DNA of 54,051 nucleotides from Clostridia bacterium. GTDB lineage: Bacteria; Bacillota; Clostridia; UMGS1883; UMGS1540. Position 1 is the first letter of the stretch. Every line of letters starts with the position of its first letter. The position numbers were made by a program, and so were the translations under genes. Location of the stretch: assembly GCA_045533905.1 (NCBI GenBank), contig JAZSIR010000014.1, forward strand, positions 1-54,051, in the 5' to 3' direction. Positions 9,605-19,228 of this stretch are shown here, piece after piece. Below the pieces are notes generated by a model. That model saw only the letters and a list, made by a program, of their open reading frames with translations. It did no database searches and had not been told where the DNA came from.

Positions 9605-10495
9605 TTACAGGTCTACACCCAAAAAGTGCTTTGCGAGGATGCCTACGACGAAGGAAATCACGGCAACGCCGATGCTGATACCCGCCATTTCCAAAAAGCG
9701 CGGCTTGAACTTTTCGCCCTTGGCGACGGAAATATAGTAGGTAAACCCTGCGATGATGAGAATGACCACGGCAAGCATCGAAAAGAGTGCCGCCATGTAC
9801 TGTTCGTTGCCGAAAATGAGATACGGCAAAATAAGAAGCGCCACGGTGATAAGGTATGCAATGCCCGTGTAGCTGCAGGATTTTAATGCATCGCTTCGTC
9901 CTTCACTCTTCGCCGCCAAAAACTCGCTCGACGCCATGGAGAATGTGGCGGAAATGCCCATGATGAGACCCGAGAGCGCGATAAGGCGCGTATTTTGCAT
10001 GGCGAACGTAAAGCCTGCAAGCGAGCCCGTAAGCTCCACAAGCGCATCGTTCATGCCAAGCACCATACTGCCCACGTACTGGAGGCGTTCCTCGTCAAGC
10101 ATTTCAAGAAGTGCCGCTTCGTGCTCTTCTTCCTCTTTACGGATTTGCACGCTCTCTTCGACTTCTTGGGCAAGAACGCTGTATTCCTCCTGCGCACCCG
10201 CTTCGCCGTTTTCCATGAGCTTTACAGCGAAGGTGAAGCCTAAAATTTTTGCAAGCAGCTTAAACTTTCGCACTTTGCCTTTTTGCGGCTTCATTTCGAC
10301 ACCTGTGTACTTTTTCCAGATTTCGTAGTGCGCTCTTTCCTCGCCCGCAAGGCGCAAAAGCGTCTTCTTATTTTCTTCCCCTTTTGCAAATCTTGCAATT
10401 TCTTTGTAAATGACGCTTTCCGTAAGCTCATTTTGCTGCATTTTCAAAACGATGTCCAGTGCTTTTTTCGATAATTCCTTTCCCATTTTTCTCAC
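9605..10495 (-). CDS. Rubrerythrin/ferritin-like N-domain fused to VIT1/CCC1 metal transporter
   Basis: EERAH and EEEEH motifs, then GMNDALVELTG and SMASSEFL; start may be ATG 10486. Confidence 0.88.
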   Translation of the reverse strand: MRKMGKELSKKALDIVLKMQQNELTESVIYKEIARFAKGEENKKTLLRLAGEERAHYEIWKKYTGVEMKPQKGKVRKFKLLAKILGFTFAVKLMENGEAGAQEEYSVLAQEVEESVQIRKEEEEHEAALLEMLDEERLQYVGSMVLGMNDALVELTGSLAGFTFAMQNTRLIALSGLIMGISATFSMASSEFLAAKSEGRSDALKSCSYTGIAYLITVALLILPYLIFGNEQYMAALFSMLAVVILIIAGFTYYISVAKGEKFKPRFLEMAGISIGVAVISFVVGILAKHFLGVDL

Positions 10496-10523
10496 CCCGT
10501 ATTTTTTTAAGTACCTGATACAG

Positions 10524-10643
10524 AAAAAGGCAAAAGGGTCCGTCTGCCATATGGCAACCGTATTCCTTTTGCCTTCAAATTCCTGTTTTTTTGCCGCCTA
10601 TATGACTCCCTCATATTGTACCAAATTTTGGGGTCTTTTTCAA
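10524..10643 (-). promoter_or_regulatory. sigmaA promoter plus leader with terminator-like hairpin upstream of the VIT1 gene
   Basis: TTGAAA-17-TACAAT (10615-10643); AAGGCAAAAGG...CCTTTTGCCTTTTT in the leader. Confidence 0.6.
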
Positions 10644-10658
10644 TAGCTATGGCAAAAT

Positions 10659-11732
10659 TTATCCGAGAACGATTTCGTCCACAATCTTCTGCATCTCGGC
10701 CATCTGTTCCTGCATTTCGGCGGCGAGCGCAAACTGCGTGCGGCACCGTACGAGGTTATGCTCGGGGTACTTGGTGGCGAAATATGTATCACCATCGATG
10801 TAGTCAGCGAGGAAGCGCATTCCGCATTCCATCGTCATCAGATACGCGCCATAGGGAAGAAGCTCGCGTTCTCTTTTGGTGATACTCTCTTTCACGGAGC
10901 CGCAGAAGCCTTCCACATACGCTCTGAAAAGCGAAATGTCAAAGTGCACCTTTGAAAGGTCCTTCTCGTCCTCTGCCGCGGTGGAAGCACCGAAGCGGAT
11001 GGAATCGCCGAAGTCGTAAAGCATCGAGCCCGGCATTACGGTGTCAAGGTCGATAACGGCCTTGCCGCGTCTTGTGACAGGGTCCAACAGAATATTATTG
11101 AGCTTTGTATCATTATGTGTTACGCGAAGCGGAATTGTGCCATCGGAAAGTCCCTTCACAATTTCGCCGTAAGTATCGGCGCGGTCTTTTACAAACTGCA
11201 CCTCGGGAAGGCACGTGTCCAGTCTCCCCGACTTGTTGTTTGCAACTGCCGCCTTGAAGTTTTCGAAGCGGTTCGGCGTATCGTGAAAACGCGCAATCGT
11301 CTCAAAAAGTGCGCTTGCATCAAAATCGGAAAGTGCTTTCTGGAATTCACCGAAGGCGTTGCCGGCATTCTTGAAGTCCTCCGCAGTTTCTACGCGCTGC
11401 AGCGTGAGCGAATCCTCAATAAAGTCATACACGCGCCAGGCGCCTTCCTCCGTTTTAACCATCGGCTCGCCCTCTGCGTTTTTGACAACCGTCAGCGATT
11501 CCGCGCCCTTCGATCGGATAAACTCCGTAACGAGAAGGATGTTATGCATAACCTCCTCCGGCTTTTTGAAAACCACGGTGTTGATTTTCTGCAGAATGTA
11601 TTTTTTCTTTGTGGTCTCTGCGAGGAAGGTGGAATTGATATGCCCTTCGCCGTACGGCGCAAGACTTACGAGTTCCCCTTCTGTTACAAATAAGCGGAAT
11701 GCATTACATTCCTTCGTATAACCCTGCATCAA
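10659..11732 (-). CDS. APH-fold sugar kinase (N-acetylhexosamine 1-kinase-like)
   Basis: GHINSTF, YILQKIN, THNDTKLNN, IDLDTVMPG, DFGDSIR; start may be ATG 11729. Confidence 0.85.
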   Translation of the reverse strand: MMQGYTKECNAFRLFVTEGELVSLAPYGEGHINSTFLAETTKKKYILQKINTVVFKKPEEVMHNILLVTEFIRSKGAESLTVVKNAEGEPMVKTEEGAWRVYDFIEDSLTLQRVETAEDFKNAGNAFGEFQKALSDFDASALFETIARFHDTPNRFENFKAAVANNKSGRLDTCLPEVQFVKDRADTYGEIVKGLSDGTIPLRVTHNDTKLNNILLDPVTRRGKAVIDLDTVMPGSMLYDFGDSIRFGASTAAEDEKDLSKVHFDISLFRAYVEGFCGSVKESITKRERELLPYGAYLMTMECGMRFLADYIDGDTYFATKYPEHNLVRCRTQFALAAEMQEQMAEMQKIVDEIVLG

Positions 11733-12570
11733 TGTAGCCTCCTATTGCTTCTTTCAGGGACGGTAAGTCCTCTCTATATGTAATGCCGTACCACACGTCT
11801 TTGTTCTTATATACGCAGATGGTGGCTCTGCCCTCTTTGGCCATATCACCGATGACGGCAGGAATGAAGAATTCATCCTTCATCGTATCGGCATTTTTCA
11901 AAAATGCCGCGAACTTTTCTTCCAGCTCCGCAAAAATGGCAGGCGTGATGCCCCAGAGGTTCATCGAAACAGGCGTATCGGCGGGAAGGGTAATCTTCTC
12001 TCCGTTCTCCTCATACGTTCTCTCGGGATCAATCTTCGTGACTTCCGTAACGCTTTTCAGATACCCGTTTTCCACATCGCAAACGCCGCGTGATACGGTG
12101 CCGTTGGGGCTCAGCGTATTTTGCACTTCGTACGCAACCATAGCAAAGTCTGTGCCCTCGGCCTTTTTAAGATGCTCTGCAATTTCATAAAAAGCGTTGC
12201 TGCCGTAATAATCGTCCGCATTGATAATGGCAAACGGCTCTTTTACTGTGTCCTTGCAAGAGAGGATAGCGTGTGCCGTGCCGAACGGTTTCGTTCTGCC
12301 TTGGGGCAGGACGGACATATCCTGAAATACATATTCTACGGGGATAGTCTCGGCGATTCTGTTACCAACGAGTTCTTTGAAATCCTCTTCCATATCCTCA
12401 CGGATAATGAAAACGACCTTGGTAAATCCTGCCTTTTTCGCATCATATACGGAGAAATCGAGGATAGCACGTCCATCTTTCGAAACAGGCTCTGCCTGCT
12501 TCAGACCGCCGAAGCGGCTGCCCATACCGGCCGCCATAACTACCAATGTAATATTTTTCACAAAAGCCAC
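11704..12570 (-). CDS. Sugar-phosphate nucleotidyltransferase
   Basis: MAAGMGSRFGGLKQ, GTAHA, INADDYYG. Confidence 0.9.
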   Translation of the reverse strand: MAFVKNITLVVMAAGMGSRFGGLKQAEPVSKDGRAILDFSVYDAKKAGFTKVVFIIREDMEEDFKELVGNRIAETIPVEYVFQDMSVLPQGRTKPFGTAHAILSCKDTVKEPFAIINADDYYGSNAFYEIAEHLKKAEGTDFAMVAYEVQNTLSPNGTVSRGVCDVENGYLKSVTEVTKIDPERTYEENGEKITLPADTPVSMNLWGITPAIFAELEEKFAAFLKNADTMKDEFFIPAVIGDMAKEGRATICVYKNKDVWYGITYREDLPSLKEAIGGYIDAGLYEGM

Positions 12571-12673
12571 TCCTTTGTATGTCTTTTTGTTGTGTTTTGG
12601 CTATACTCTTATTATAACTGTTTCCAGGAATAAGTCAATAGGGTTTTGCATTTTTTGGCTTTTTTATATGTTT

Positions 12674-13567
12674 TTAGTGGGCATGATGATGGTGATGACA
12701 GGGTACCTCCCCCACCGGTGCATGGCAATGCATGTGGTGGCAATGCTCTGTCGGCTTTTCAAGCTCCAGCGTCACGTGCACAACGCCAAATTTTGAAAGC
12801 TCTTTCCGCACCGCTTCTTTTATGCCCACGCCCTCTTTTTCTGTTACAATATGCATCGTTGCATAATTCTGGTAGCCGTCGATGCTCCAGATGTGAATGT
12901 GGTGCACATCTAAGATGCCGTCCACCCTGAGGATATGCGCGCGGATTTCGTCCATTTGTATGCCCGCGGGCATTTTCTCAAGAAAAAGACTTTCAATTCT
13001 GCCGAGATTCCGGATGGCATTTATGAGAATAAATACAGAAACACCAATGGACAGCAAGGGATCTAAAATAGCAAAATCGGTAAAGCGCATCACGGCGGCG
13101 CCGATTAAAATGACGCTCCAGCCCAGCACATCCTCCAGCATATGAAGGTTCACCGCCTTCTGATTCATCGAATGGCCATCCTTTGTAAGCATCGCCGCCA
13201 GAAGATTTACGGCGGTGCCGATGACGGCGAAGAGAAGCATCCGGTCGTAATCAATCGCCACGGGATTTGTAATGCGGAGAACTGCATTATAGATGACTAC
13301 GGCGGAGCCGAGAAGCAAAACGAGCGTTGTGAAAAGGCTGCCCATCACCGAAAAGCGGATGTACCCATACGTGTATACATCATCGGGTACCTTGCGGCTT
13401 TTCCGCTCCAGAAACCAGGAAATGCCAATGCTAAGCGCGTCTCCCAGATCGTGCAGGGCATCGGAAATAATGGCCACGCTTCCGCAAAGCGCGCCGCCGA
13501 TGCCTTCAAAAACGGAAAACAGGAGATTTAAGATAAAGGCAAAGAAAATATTCTTTTCTGTTTTCAT
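12674..13567 (-). CDS. czcD: Cation diffusion facilitator (CzcD/ZitB-like) with His-rich tail
   Basis: SDALHDLGD, HMLED, HHIHIWS, His/Cys-rich C-terminus. Confidence 0.88.
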   Translation of the reverse strand: MKTEKNIFFAFILNLLFSVFEGIGGALCGSVAIISDALHDLGDALSIGISWFLERKSRKVPDDVYTYGYIRFSVMGSLFTTLVLLLGSAVVIYNAVLRITNPVAIDYDRMLLFAVIGTAVNLLAAMLTKDGHSMNQKAVNLHMLEDVLGWSVILIGAAVMRFTDFAILDPLLSIGVSVFILINAIRNLGRIESLFLEKMPAGIQMDEIRAHILRVDGILDVHHIHIWSIDGYQNYATMHIVTEKEGVGIKEAVRKELSKFGVVHVTLELEKPTEHCHHMHCHAPVGEVPCHHHHHAH

Positions 13568-13591
13568 ATAATGCTCCTTTTTATATCGTTT

Positions 13592-13683
13592 ACCACTCTG
13601 CCCGAAGGCATCCCTTCACTAACGAAGTTAACTCCTCTATCGCAAGATAACTTCACTTGCCCACCGGGGGCAAACTTCGTTGC
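13592..13683. repeat. REP-like micro-array of four short hairpins with AACTTCACT-like linkers
   Basis: TGCC-CGAA-GGCA, AAC-GAA-GTT, ATC-GCAA-GAT and TGCCC-ACCGG-GGGCA, followed by CCCTTCACT, AACTCCTCT, AACTTCACT and AACTTCGTT. Confidence 0.55.
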
Positions 13684-13965
13684 GGTCGCAGCCCGCATAT
13701 GCTTACACCAAGTCCAGAATAAAACACCCCGCACCCATACCTATATTATTTTAATTCTATTTCAAAGAAATCCTTTTTTTCTCCGCGGACAGAAAAGGCA
13801 GCGCTGTGGCCGTTTCGGTTGGCGTATGTTTTATGCAAATCCCGCATGAGGGCGGAAGCCGTATACAGGCACGTATGGCCTTTATAGGTTTCCGCGATCT
13901 GTTTTTCGGTTTCGCAGGTTGCCTTTATAGTATTATAATACTCCTTATTCCCGAAAAAGTCAAAC

Positions 13966-13995
13966 AAAAAGGACTGTGGCGAATGCCACAGTCCC
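13966..13995 (-). terminator. Rho-independent terminator of rplJL
   Basis: GGACTGTGGC/GCCACAGTCC stem plus U tract on the minus strand. Confidence 0.85.
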
Positions 13996-14015
13996 TTTAC
14001 TTTTGGGAACGTGAA

Positions 14016-14387
14016 TTACTTCAGTTCTACCTTTGCGCCTACTTCTTCGAGCTTTGCCTTGTAGCCTTCTGCATCGTCCTTGCCTACGCCTTCTTTGATG
14101 GGCTTCGGAGCATTGTCTACGAGGTCCTTTGCTTCCTTAAGACCAAGGCCGGTGATCTCGCGAACAACCTTAATAACCTTAATCTTTTCTGCGCCTGCAT
14201 CGGCGAGAATTACGTCAAATTCTGTCTTTTCTTCTGCAGCTGCAGCGCCATCGCCACCTGCTGCAACAACTGCAACCGGTGCAGCTGCGCTTACGCCGAA
14301 TTCTTCTTCCATCATCTTAACGAGTTCGGCAACTTCTAACAACTTGAGTTCTTTGATATCAGCAATAATCTGTTCGAGTTTGCTCAT
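14016..14387 (-). CDS. rplL: 50S ribosomal protein L7/L12
   Basis: [29 protein letters not shown]. Confidence 0.99.
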   Translation of the reverse strand: MSKLEQIIADIKELKLLEVAELVKMMEEEFGVSAAAPVAVVAAGGDGAAAAEEKTEFDVILADAGAEKIKVIKVVREITGLGLKEAKDLVDNAPKPIKEGVGKDDAEGYKAKLEEVGAKVELK

Positions 14388-14418
14388 TTTGAATATCCTC
14401 CTTTAATTTCTTTCTTTT

Positions 14419-15075
14419 TTATTCCGCATCAGCTGCGGGTGCTTCTTCTGCCGGAGCTTCTGCAGCGGGTGCTGCTTCTTCTACCGGTGCTGCTTCTGCA
14501 GCGGGTGCTTCTACAGCTTCAGCGGCTGCTTCTGCAGCGGGTGCTGCTTCTGCTGCCTTTGCTGCGGCTGCTTCAGCCGGCTCTACACCACCGTCGACAA
14601 GAGCCTGCAATGTACGTACCAGGTTGGAAACCGGTGCATTGAGGCTGCCCATAATCTTCGCGATAAGTGTTTCGCGAGACGGTGTAGCTGCGAGCTTGTT
14701 GATTTCTTCGATGGAGATTACGTTACCATCGAGGAAACCTGCCTTGATTTCAAGGTTCGGATTGGTCTTGGCAAAATCTGCCAGAACCTTTGCGGGTGCT
14801 ATCGGATCGTCGCTGAGGGCGAGAGCAGTCGGGCCGTTCAGAGCGGCATCAAGGCCTTCCTTATAGCCAACTACTTCAGCTGCGCGGCTTGTGAGGGTGT
14901 TCTTTACTACCTTGTAGTAAACGCCTGCTTCACGAAGCTTTACACGGAGCTGTGTATCTTCCTCAACCGTAAGACCGCGATAGTCTACGATGACGCCGGC
15001 CGTTGCGTTCTTCATCCTTTCAGCGAGGTCTGCAACAACCGCCTTCTTCTGTTCCAAAATCTTTGCGCTTGGCAT
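14419..15075 (-). CDS. rplJ: 50S ribosomal protein L10 with Ala/Glu/Pro-rich C-terminal extension
   Basis: DYRGLTV, KVVKNTL, GPTA, LEIKAG; start MPSAK after GGAGG. Confidence 0.98.
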   Translation of the reverse strand: MPSAKILEQKKAVVADLAERMKNATAGVIVDYRGLTVEEDTQLRVKLREAGVYYKVVKNTLTSRAAEVVGYKEGLDAALNGPTALALSDDPIAPAKVLADFAKTNPNLEIKAGFLDGNVISIEEINKLAATPSRETLIAKIMGSLNAPVSNLVRTLQALVDGGVEPAEAAAAKAAEAAPAAEAAAEAVEAPAAEAAPVEEAAPAAEAPAEEAPAADAE

Positions 15076-15095
15076 ATCTTTCACCTCCCATATAA

Positions 15096-15205
15096 AAAGG
15101 TTCTCTATCCAAATGCAGACAGAGAACCGTTTTCATTTCCGAAACGATTGCCTCCTCGGCGGGACTTACGCCTTCGCGAGGCGGCCTGCTGTCTGCGGAC
15201 GGACA
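15096..15205 (-). ncRNA. L10 leader (rplJL autoregulatory attenuator)
   Basis: CCGCAGACAGCAGG...TAAGTCCCGCCGAGG core followed by GGTTCTCT...AGAGAACCTTTT terminator. Confidence 0.85.
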
Positions 15206-15228
15206 AATGTAACTATTAGGGTTTTCGA

Positions 15229-15924
15229 TTATTCGCCAACCTTTGCGGGGTTGAGCTTGATGCCGGGGCCCATTGTGCTTGCAATAGCAACGCTGCGCAG
15301 GTACTGGCCCTTTGCTGCGGACGGCTTTGCCTTAACAACGGCATCCATCAGCGTCTTGAAGTTTTCGGCGAGCTTTTCTTTGCCGAAGGAAACCTTACCG
15401 ATGGGGCAGTGGATGATGTTTGTCTTATCAAGACGGTATTCAATCTTACCGGCTTTGATATCTGCAATAGCCTTTGTAAGATCCATAGTTACCGTGCCTG
15501 CCTTCGGGTTCGGCATAAGGCCCTTAGGACCAAGTACACGACCGATGCGGCCAACAAGACCCATCATGTCAGGTGTGGCAACAACAACGTCGAATTCGAA
15601 CCAGTTTTCACCCTGAATCTTCTGTACCAGTTCTTCGCCGCCTGCGAAATCTGCGCCTGCAGCTTCAGCTTCTGCAACCTTGTCGCCCTTAGCGAAAACA
15701 AGAACGCGAACCTTTTTACCGGTACCGTGCGGCAGAACAACTGCGCCTCTAACCTGCTGGTCAGCGTGACGGGAGTCAACACCCAGCTTGATGTGCGCTT
15801 CTACCGTTTCATCAAATTTTGCCTTTGCGCTTTTTACAGCAATGTCAAAAGCTTCGTCAATATCGTAAAGCTTGCCGTGTTCGATAAGCTTTGCACTTTC
15901 CTGATAATTCTTTCCTCTTTTCAC
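15229..15924 (-). CDS. rplA: 50S ribosomal protein L1
   Basis: [34 protein letters not shown]. Confidence 0.99.
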   Translation of the reverse strand: MKRGKNYQESAKLIEHGKLYDIDEAFDIAVKSAKAKFDETVEAHIKLGVDSRHADQQVRGAVVLPHGTGKKVRVLVFAKGDKVAEAEAAGADFAGGEELVQKIQGENWFEFDVVVATPDMMGLVGRIGRVLGPKGLMPNPKAGTVTMDLTKAIADIKAGKIEYRLDKTNIIHCPIGKVSFGKEKLAENFKTLMDAVVKAKPSAAKGQYLRSVAIASTMGPGIKLNPAKVGE

Positions 15925-15938
15925 GAATATACCTCCTT

Positions 15939-15965
15939 GTGGTTACGCGGAATAAATCCTCCCAC
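15939..15965 (-). promoter_or_regulatory. L1-binding operator upstream of rplA
   Basis: GTGGGAG-hairpin-ACCAC immediately before the RBS. Confidence 0.7.
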
Positions 15966-16394
15966 TTAATCTTCTTCTACAACAATACCCATGCTGCGAG
16001 CGGTACCTGCAATCATACTCATAGCCGCTTCAATACTTGCAGCATTCAAATCCGGCATCTTCATTTCGGCAATTTCCTTGACCTGGCTCTTCTTAATAGT
16101 AGCAACCTTCGTCTTGTTCGGAACGCCGCTGCCGCTCTCAATTTTACATGCTTTCTTTAAGAGAACTGCTGCCGGAGGCGCTTTCGTGATAAACGTAAAC
16201 GACCTGTCTGCATACACGGTGATAACAACCGGGATGATGAGACCTGCGTCCTTTGCTGTTTTCTCGTTGAATTCCTTGGTGAACTGTACAATGTTTACAC
16301 CGTACTGACCAAGTGCGGGACCAACCGGGGGTGCGGGCGTAGCTTTACCTGCGGGAATCTGCAGTTTAATGTAGCCCATGATTTTCTGTGCCAT
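15966..16394 (-). CDS. rplK: 50S ribosomal protein L11
   Basis: [34 protein letters not shown]. Confidence 0.99.
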   Translation of the reverse strand: MAQKIMGYIKLQIPAGKATPAPPVGPALGQYGVNIVQFTKEFNEKTAKDAGLIIPVVITVYADRSFTFITKAPPAAVLLKKACKIESGSGVPNKTKVATIKKSQVKEIAEMKMPDLNAASIEAAMSMIAGTARSMGIVVEED

Positions 16395-16414
16395 TTTTAC
16401 TTCCTCCTAATATC

Positions 16415-16454
16415 GTGGTATCTGGCGGATATGCCCTTTAGCACATCCTCCCAC
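16415..16454 (-). promoter_or_regulatory. L1-binding operator upstream of rplK
   Basis: GTGGGAG-GATGTGC..GCATATC-..ACCAC. Confidence 0.75.
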
Positions 16455-16475
16455 CATAAAAAGCCCGGGGGCTTA

Positions 16476-16997
16476 TTATGACAATGCTTCTACCTGGTGG
16501 AACTCAAGTTCAACAGGCGTTTCGCGGCTGAACATAGAAACACATACACGGAGCTTGCGCTTTTCCATGTTGATTTCTTCGATGACGCCGACAAAACTTT
16601 CGAGGGGCCCATCCGTTACGCGGACATTGTCGCCCACCTCAAAATCAAACTTCACCACCTGTGCTTCAACGCCCATAGCTTCCACTTCCGCATCGGAAAG
16701 CGGCACGGGCTTGGAGCCGGGACCTACAAAGCCTGTACAGCCGCGCGTGTTGCGCACAACGTACCAGCTTTCGTCCGTCATAACCATTTTAATGAAAACA
16801 TAGCCGGGATAGATTTTGCGAAGAACAACCTTCTTCTCGTTTTCCTTCTGCTCCACTACCTCTTCCATCGGTACGCGGATATCCTGGAAAAGCTCTTGCA
16901 TCCCACGGTTTTCAACGGTTTTTTCAATATTTGCTTTTACTTTGTTTTCGTAGCCCGAATATGTATGGACTACATACCATTTTGCATTACCGGCCAT
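16476..16997 (-). CDS. nusG: Transcription antitermination factor NusG
   Basis: WYVVHTYSGYENKV, PGYV, KOW motif, RETPVEL. Confidence 0.99.
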   Translation of the reverse strand: MAGNAKWYVVHTYSGYENKVKANIEKTVENRGMQELFQDIRVPMEEVVEQKENEKKVVLRKIYPGYVFIKMVMTDESWYVVRNTRGCTGFVGPGSKPVPLSDAEVEAMGVEAQVVKFDFEVGDNVRVTDGPLESFVGVIEEINMEKRKLRVCVSMFSRETPVELEFHQVEALS

Positions 16998-17053
16998 ACT
17001 TTTCCCACACGCCCCTTCGGGGCATATGCCTCCTTATTCAGAAATATCGAAAA

Positions 17054-17248
17054 CTACCCCATAAGGACCTTGAAGCCCCAGGAGAATACAGCATCCAAAA
17101 TCCAGATGCCTGCACCGATAACCAGAATAGAAAGAATAACAATACCGGTATTGTTTATAAGCTGCTTCTTTGTAGGCCAAATGACCTTCTTAACCTCAGC
17201 CTTGAGGTCTCTGAAGAACTTGGCAATCTTAGAAAAAAACTTTTTCAT
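17054..17248 (-). CDS. secE: Preprotein translocase SecE
   Basis: EVKKVIWPT followed by a single TM helix; precedes nusG. Confidence 0.95.
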   Translation of the reverse strand: MKKFFSKIAKFFRDLKAEVKKVIWPTKKQLINNTGIVILSILVIGAGIWILDAVFSWGFKVLMG

Positions 17249-17264
17249 ACCTACTATACCTACC

Positions 17265-17414
17265 TTATTTTGTTTCCTTGTGTGCGGTATGCTTCTTGCA
17301 GAATCTGCAATACTTATTCATTTCGATGCGATCCGGCGTGTTCTTCTTGTTCTTCATGGTGTCGTAGTTACGCTGTTTGCATTCGGAGCATGCCAAAGTA
17401 ATTTTTACTCTCAT
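17265..17414 (-). CDS. rpmG: 50S ribosomal protein L33, Zn-binding type (not in ORF track)
   Basis: [49 protein letters not shown]. Confidence 0.97.
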   Translation of the reverse strand: MRVKITLACSECKQRNYDTMKNKKNTPDRIEMNKYCRFCKKHTAHKETK

Positions 17415-17467
17415 GTATATACACCTCCCACATACATAAAAAAAGACTTCTTTTGAGAAGTAAAGCT

Positions 17468-17496
17468 ATTGTATCACAGCTTTCCTCATTTGTCAA
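17468..17496 (-). promoter_or_regulatory. sigmaA promoter of rpmG-secE-nusG
   Basis: TTGACA-17-TACAAT with extended TG. Confidence 0.85.
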
Positions 17497-17510
17497 TATT
17501 TTTTTTGAAT

Positions 17511-18317
17511 TTATTTTAATTCTTCCCCAATTTCGGCAATTCTTGCCTCAATTTCCTCGGGACGGACAACCGCAAGTGCCGAGAAGGGATAGCGAAGTGC
17601 CCGCTCCATCATCTCGATAGCTTCTTCCTTACGGCCCATTGCATAAAGCGTTTCGCCCGCGTTAAAATACGGTATCGGTGCGCCGAGGCGCTTATCGGTA
17701 AGGTCCTCGTAAATCTCCCAGCTCTTCTCAAGGTCACCGAGGAGACGATAGTTTAAGGCGAGATTATCGGCAATTGCTTCATCGAATCGGTCAAAATACT
17801 GTGCTTCTTCGTTTACCTCCAGTGCGCGCTGCAGCTGCCCGTCTAAAATCAAAAACTGCCCGAGCGTGCCGTAGAGCGCCACATCCTTGCCGTTTTTCAG
17901 CTGTGTTTCCAAAATGGTGATGGCCTTTTTAAGGTCGCCTTTCTGGAAGGCCAGAAGCGAGCGGTTTACCGCCGCACGCGTTTCGAGCTCCGGCGTCATC
18001 TTCTTATGGGCCGCTGCCTCGAATGCGATTTCTGCTTTTTCTGTTTCGCCGGCTTTAAGGCACATAAAGCCGTAATATAAAATGTAATCCACGCGAAGGC
18101 GGCCGGATTTATATGCTTTTTCCATAAGAGCCAGCCCCTTTTTCGGAGACTCGGCATATTTCTTTGCGCCCTGCACCATCATAATGTCCGGCAATTTGAT
18201 GATGACGGTGATGAGAATGTCCAGTGCAAGGGCTGCAAGTCCCCAGCGGATGCCGCCGGTCATAAATGCGCAAAGCACCACAGCTGCCGGCAGAAACAAC
18301 GTCAGTATCTGCTGCAT
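17511..18317 (-). CDS. Membrane-anchored TPR protein
   Basis: N-terminal hydrophobic helices followed by TPR-like helical repeats. Confidence 0.75.
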   Translation of the reverse strand: MQQILTLFLPAAVVLCAFMTGGIRWGLAALALDILITVIIKLPDIMMVQGAKKYAESPKKGLALMEKAYKSGRLRVDYILYYGFMCLKAGETEKAEIAFEAAAHKKMTPELETRAAVNRSLLAFQKGDLKKAITILETQLKNGKDVALYGTLGQFLILDGQLQRALEVNEEAQYFDRFDEAIADNLALNYRLLGDLEKSWEIYEDLTDKRLGAPIPYFNAGETLYAMGRKEEAIEMMERALRYPFSALAVVRPEEIEARIAEIGEELK

Positions 18318-18319
18318 AT

Positions 18320-19210
18320 CTATCCCTTCCTTTCAAAAAACTGTCTTGCTGTTTCCGTATCCTGCCGGATTCTTTCCCGAAGTGCTTCGACACTCTGAAA
18401 TTTCTGCTCCGGCCGCAAAAATTCGAGGAGGGTAATTTCCGCCATTTCGCCATACACCTCACCCGAAAAATCCAGAAGATGGCTTTCTGCTCTCGGCACG
18501 GCCTTTTCTACCGTGGGATTTTCGCCGATGTTCGTAACGCTCGCGTATTCTTTGCCCAGAACACGTGTGCGGCTTATATACACGCCGCGGCGCGGCAGAA
18601 GAAGCGCACCCGGAATTTCTATATTTACTGTAGGAAAGCCTAAAACTCTGCCGAGGTGCTTCCCCTCGGCCACCCGCCCTTCGATGGCATACGGGCGAAA
18701 GCTTGCGGCGGCGATTTTTTGTACATCGCCTTCTTTAAGGAATTTGCGAAGGCGCGTTGAGGAAAGTGGCTCACCTTCAAATTCCACACTTTCGAGAATT
18801 TCGCACTCGATGCCGCGCGCGCGGCAAAGGGTCGAAAGCGAGGCCGCATCGCCTGCGGCGTTTTTCCCGAAGCGGAAGTTAAAGCCTGCTGCCACATACC
18901 GGGCATCCATTTCCTCCACCAGAATTTTATCCACAAATGCCTCCGGCGAAAGAGAGAGAATTTCCATACCGCGTGTTTCCGCGAATACGCGCTCCACCCC
19001 CATCTCCTGAATCCTTCGGGTCTTCATCGCCTCCGTCATCAAAAGTGCGGGCGGCTTTTCGGGCGCGAGGAGTGTGCGTGGATGCGGCGAGAAGAAATAT
19101 GCCACACTTTGCAGGCCGTGTATCTCTGCATACGCCGTCATATTTTCCAGAAGCTTTGCATGCGCTTTATGTACCCCGTCAAAATTGCCGAGGGCAATGG
19201 CTGTGCCCAT
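18320..19210 (-). CDS. ribF: Riboflavin kinase/FAD synthetase
   Basis: GNFDGVH, NFRFG, SSTRLR, GFPTVN, NPT, ESHLLDF. Confidence 0.97.
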   Translation of the reverse strand: MGTAIALGNFDGVHKAHAKLLENMTAYAEIHGLQSVAYFFSPHPRTLLAPEKPPALLMTEAMKTRRIQEMGVERVFAETRGMEILSLSPEAFVDKILVEEMDARYVAAGFNFRFGKNAAGDAASLSTLCRARGIECEILESVEFEGEPLSSTRLRKFLKEGDVQKIAAASFRPYAIEGRVAEGKHLGRVLGFPTVNIEIPGALLLPRRGVYISRTRVLGKEYASVTNIGENPTVEKAVPRAESHLLDFSGEVYGEMAEITLLEFLRPEQKFQSVEALRERIRQDTETARQFFERKG

Positions 19211-19228
19211 ACTGTTCTCCTTTATATA

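Noticed and set aside
13570-13960. NiCo (czcD) riboswitch expected upstream of the CDF transporter
   Set aside because: I could not find the conserved four-way junction motifs by eye.
13592-14590. Possible CRISPR array in the short repeats upstream of czcD or in the rplJ tail
   Set aside because: Units are too short or are coding, there are no unique 30-40 bp spacers, and no cas genes are present.
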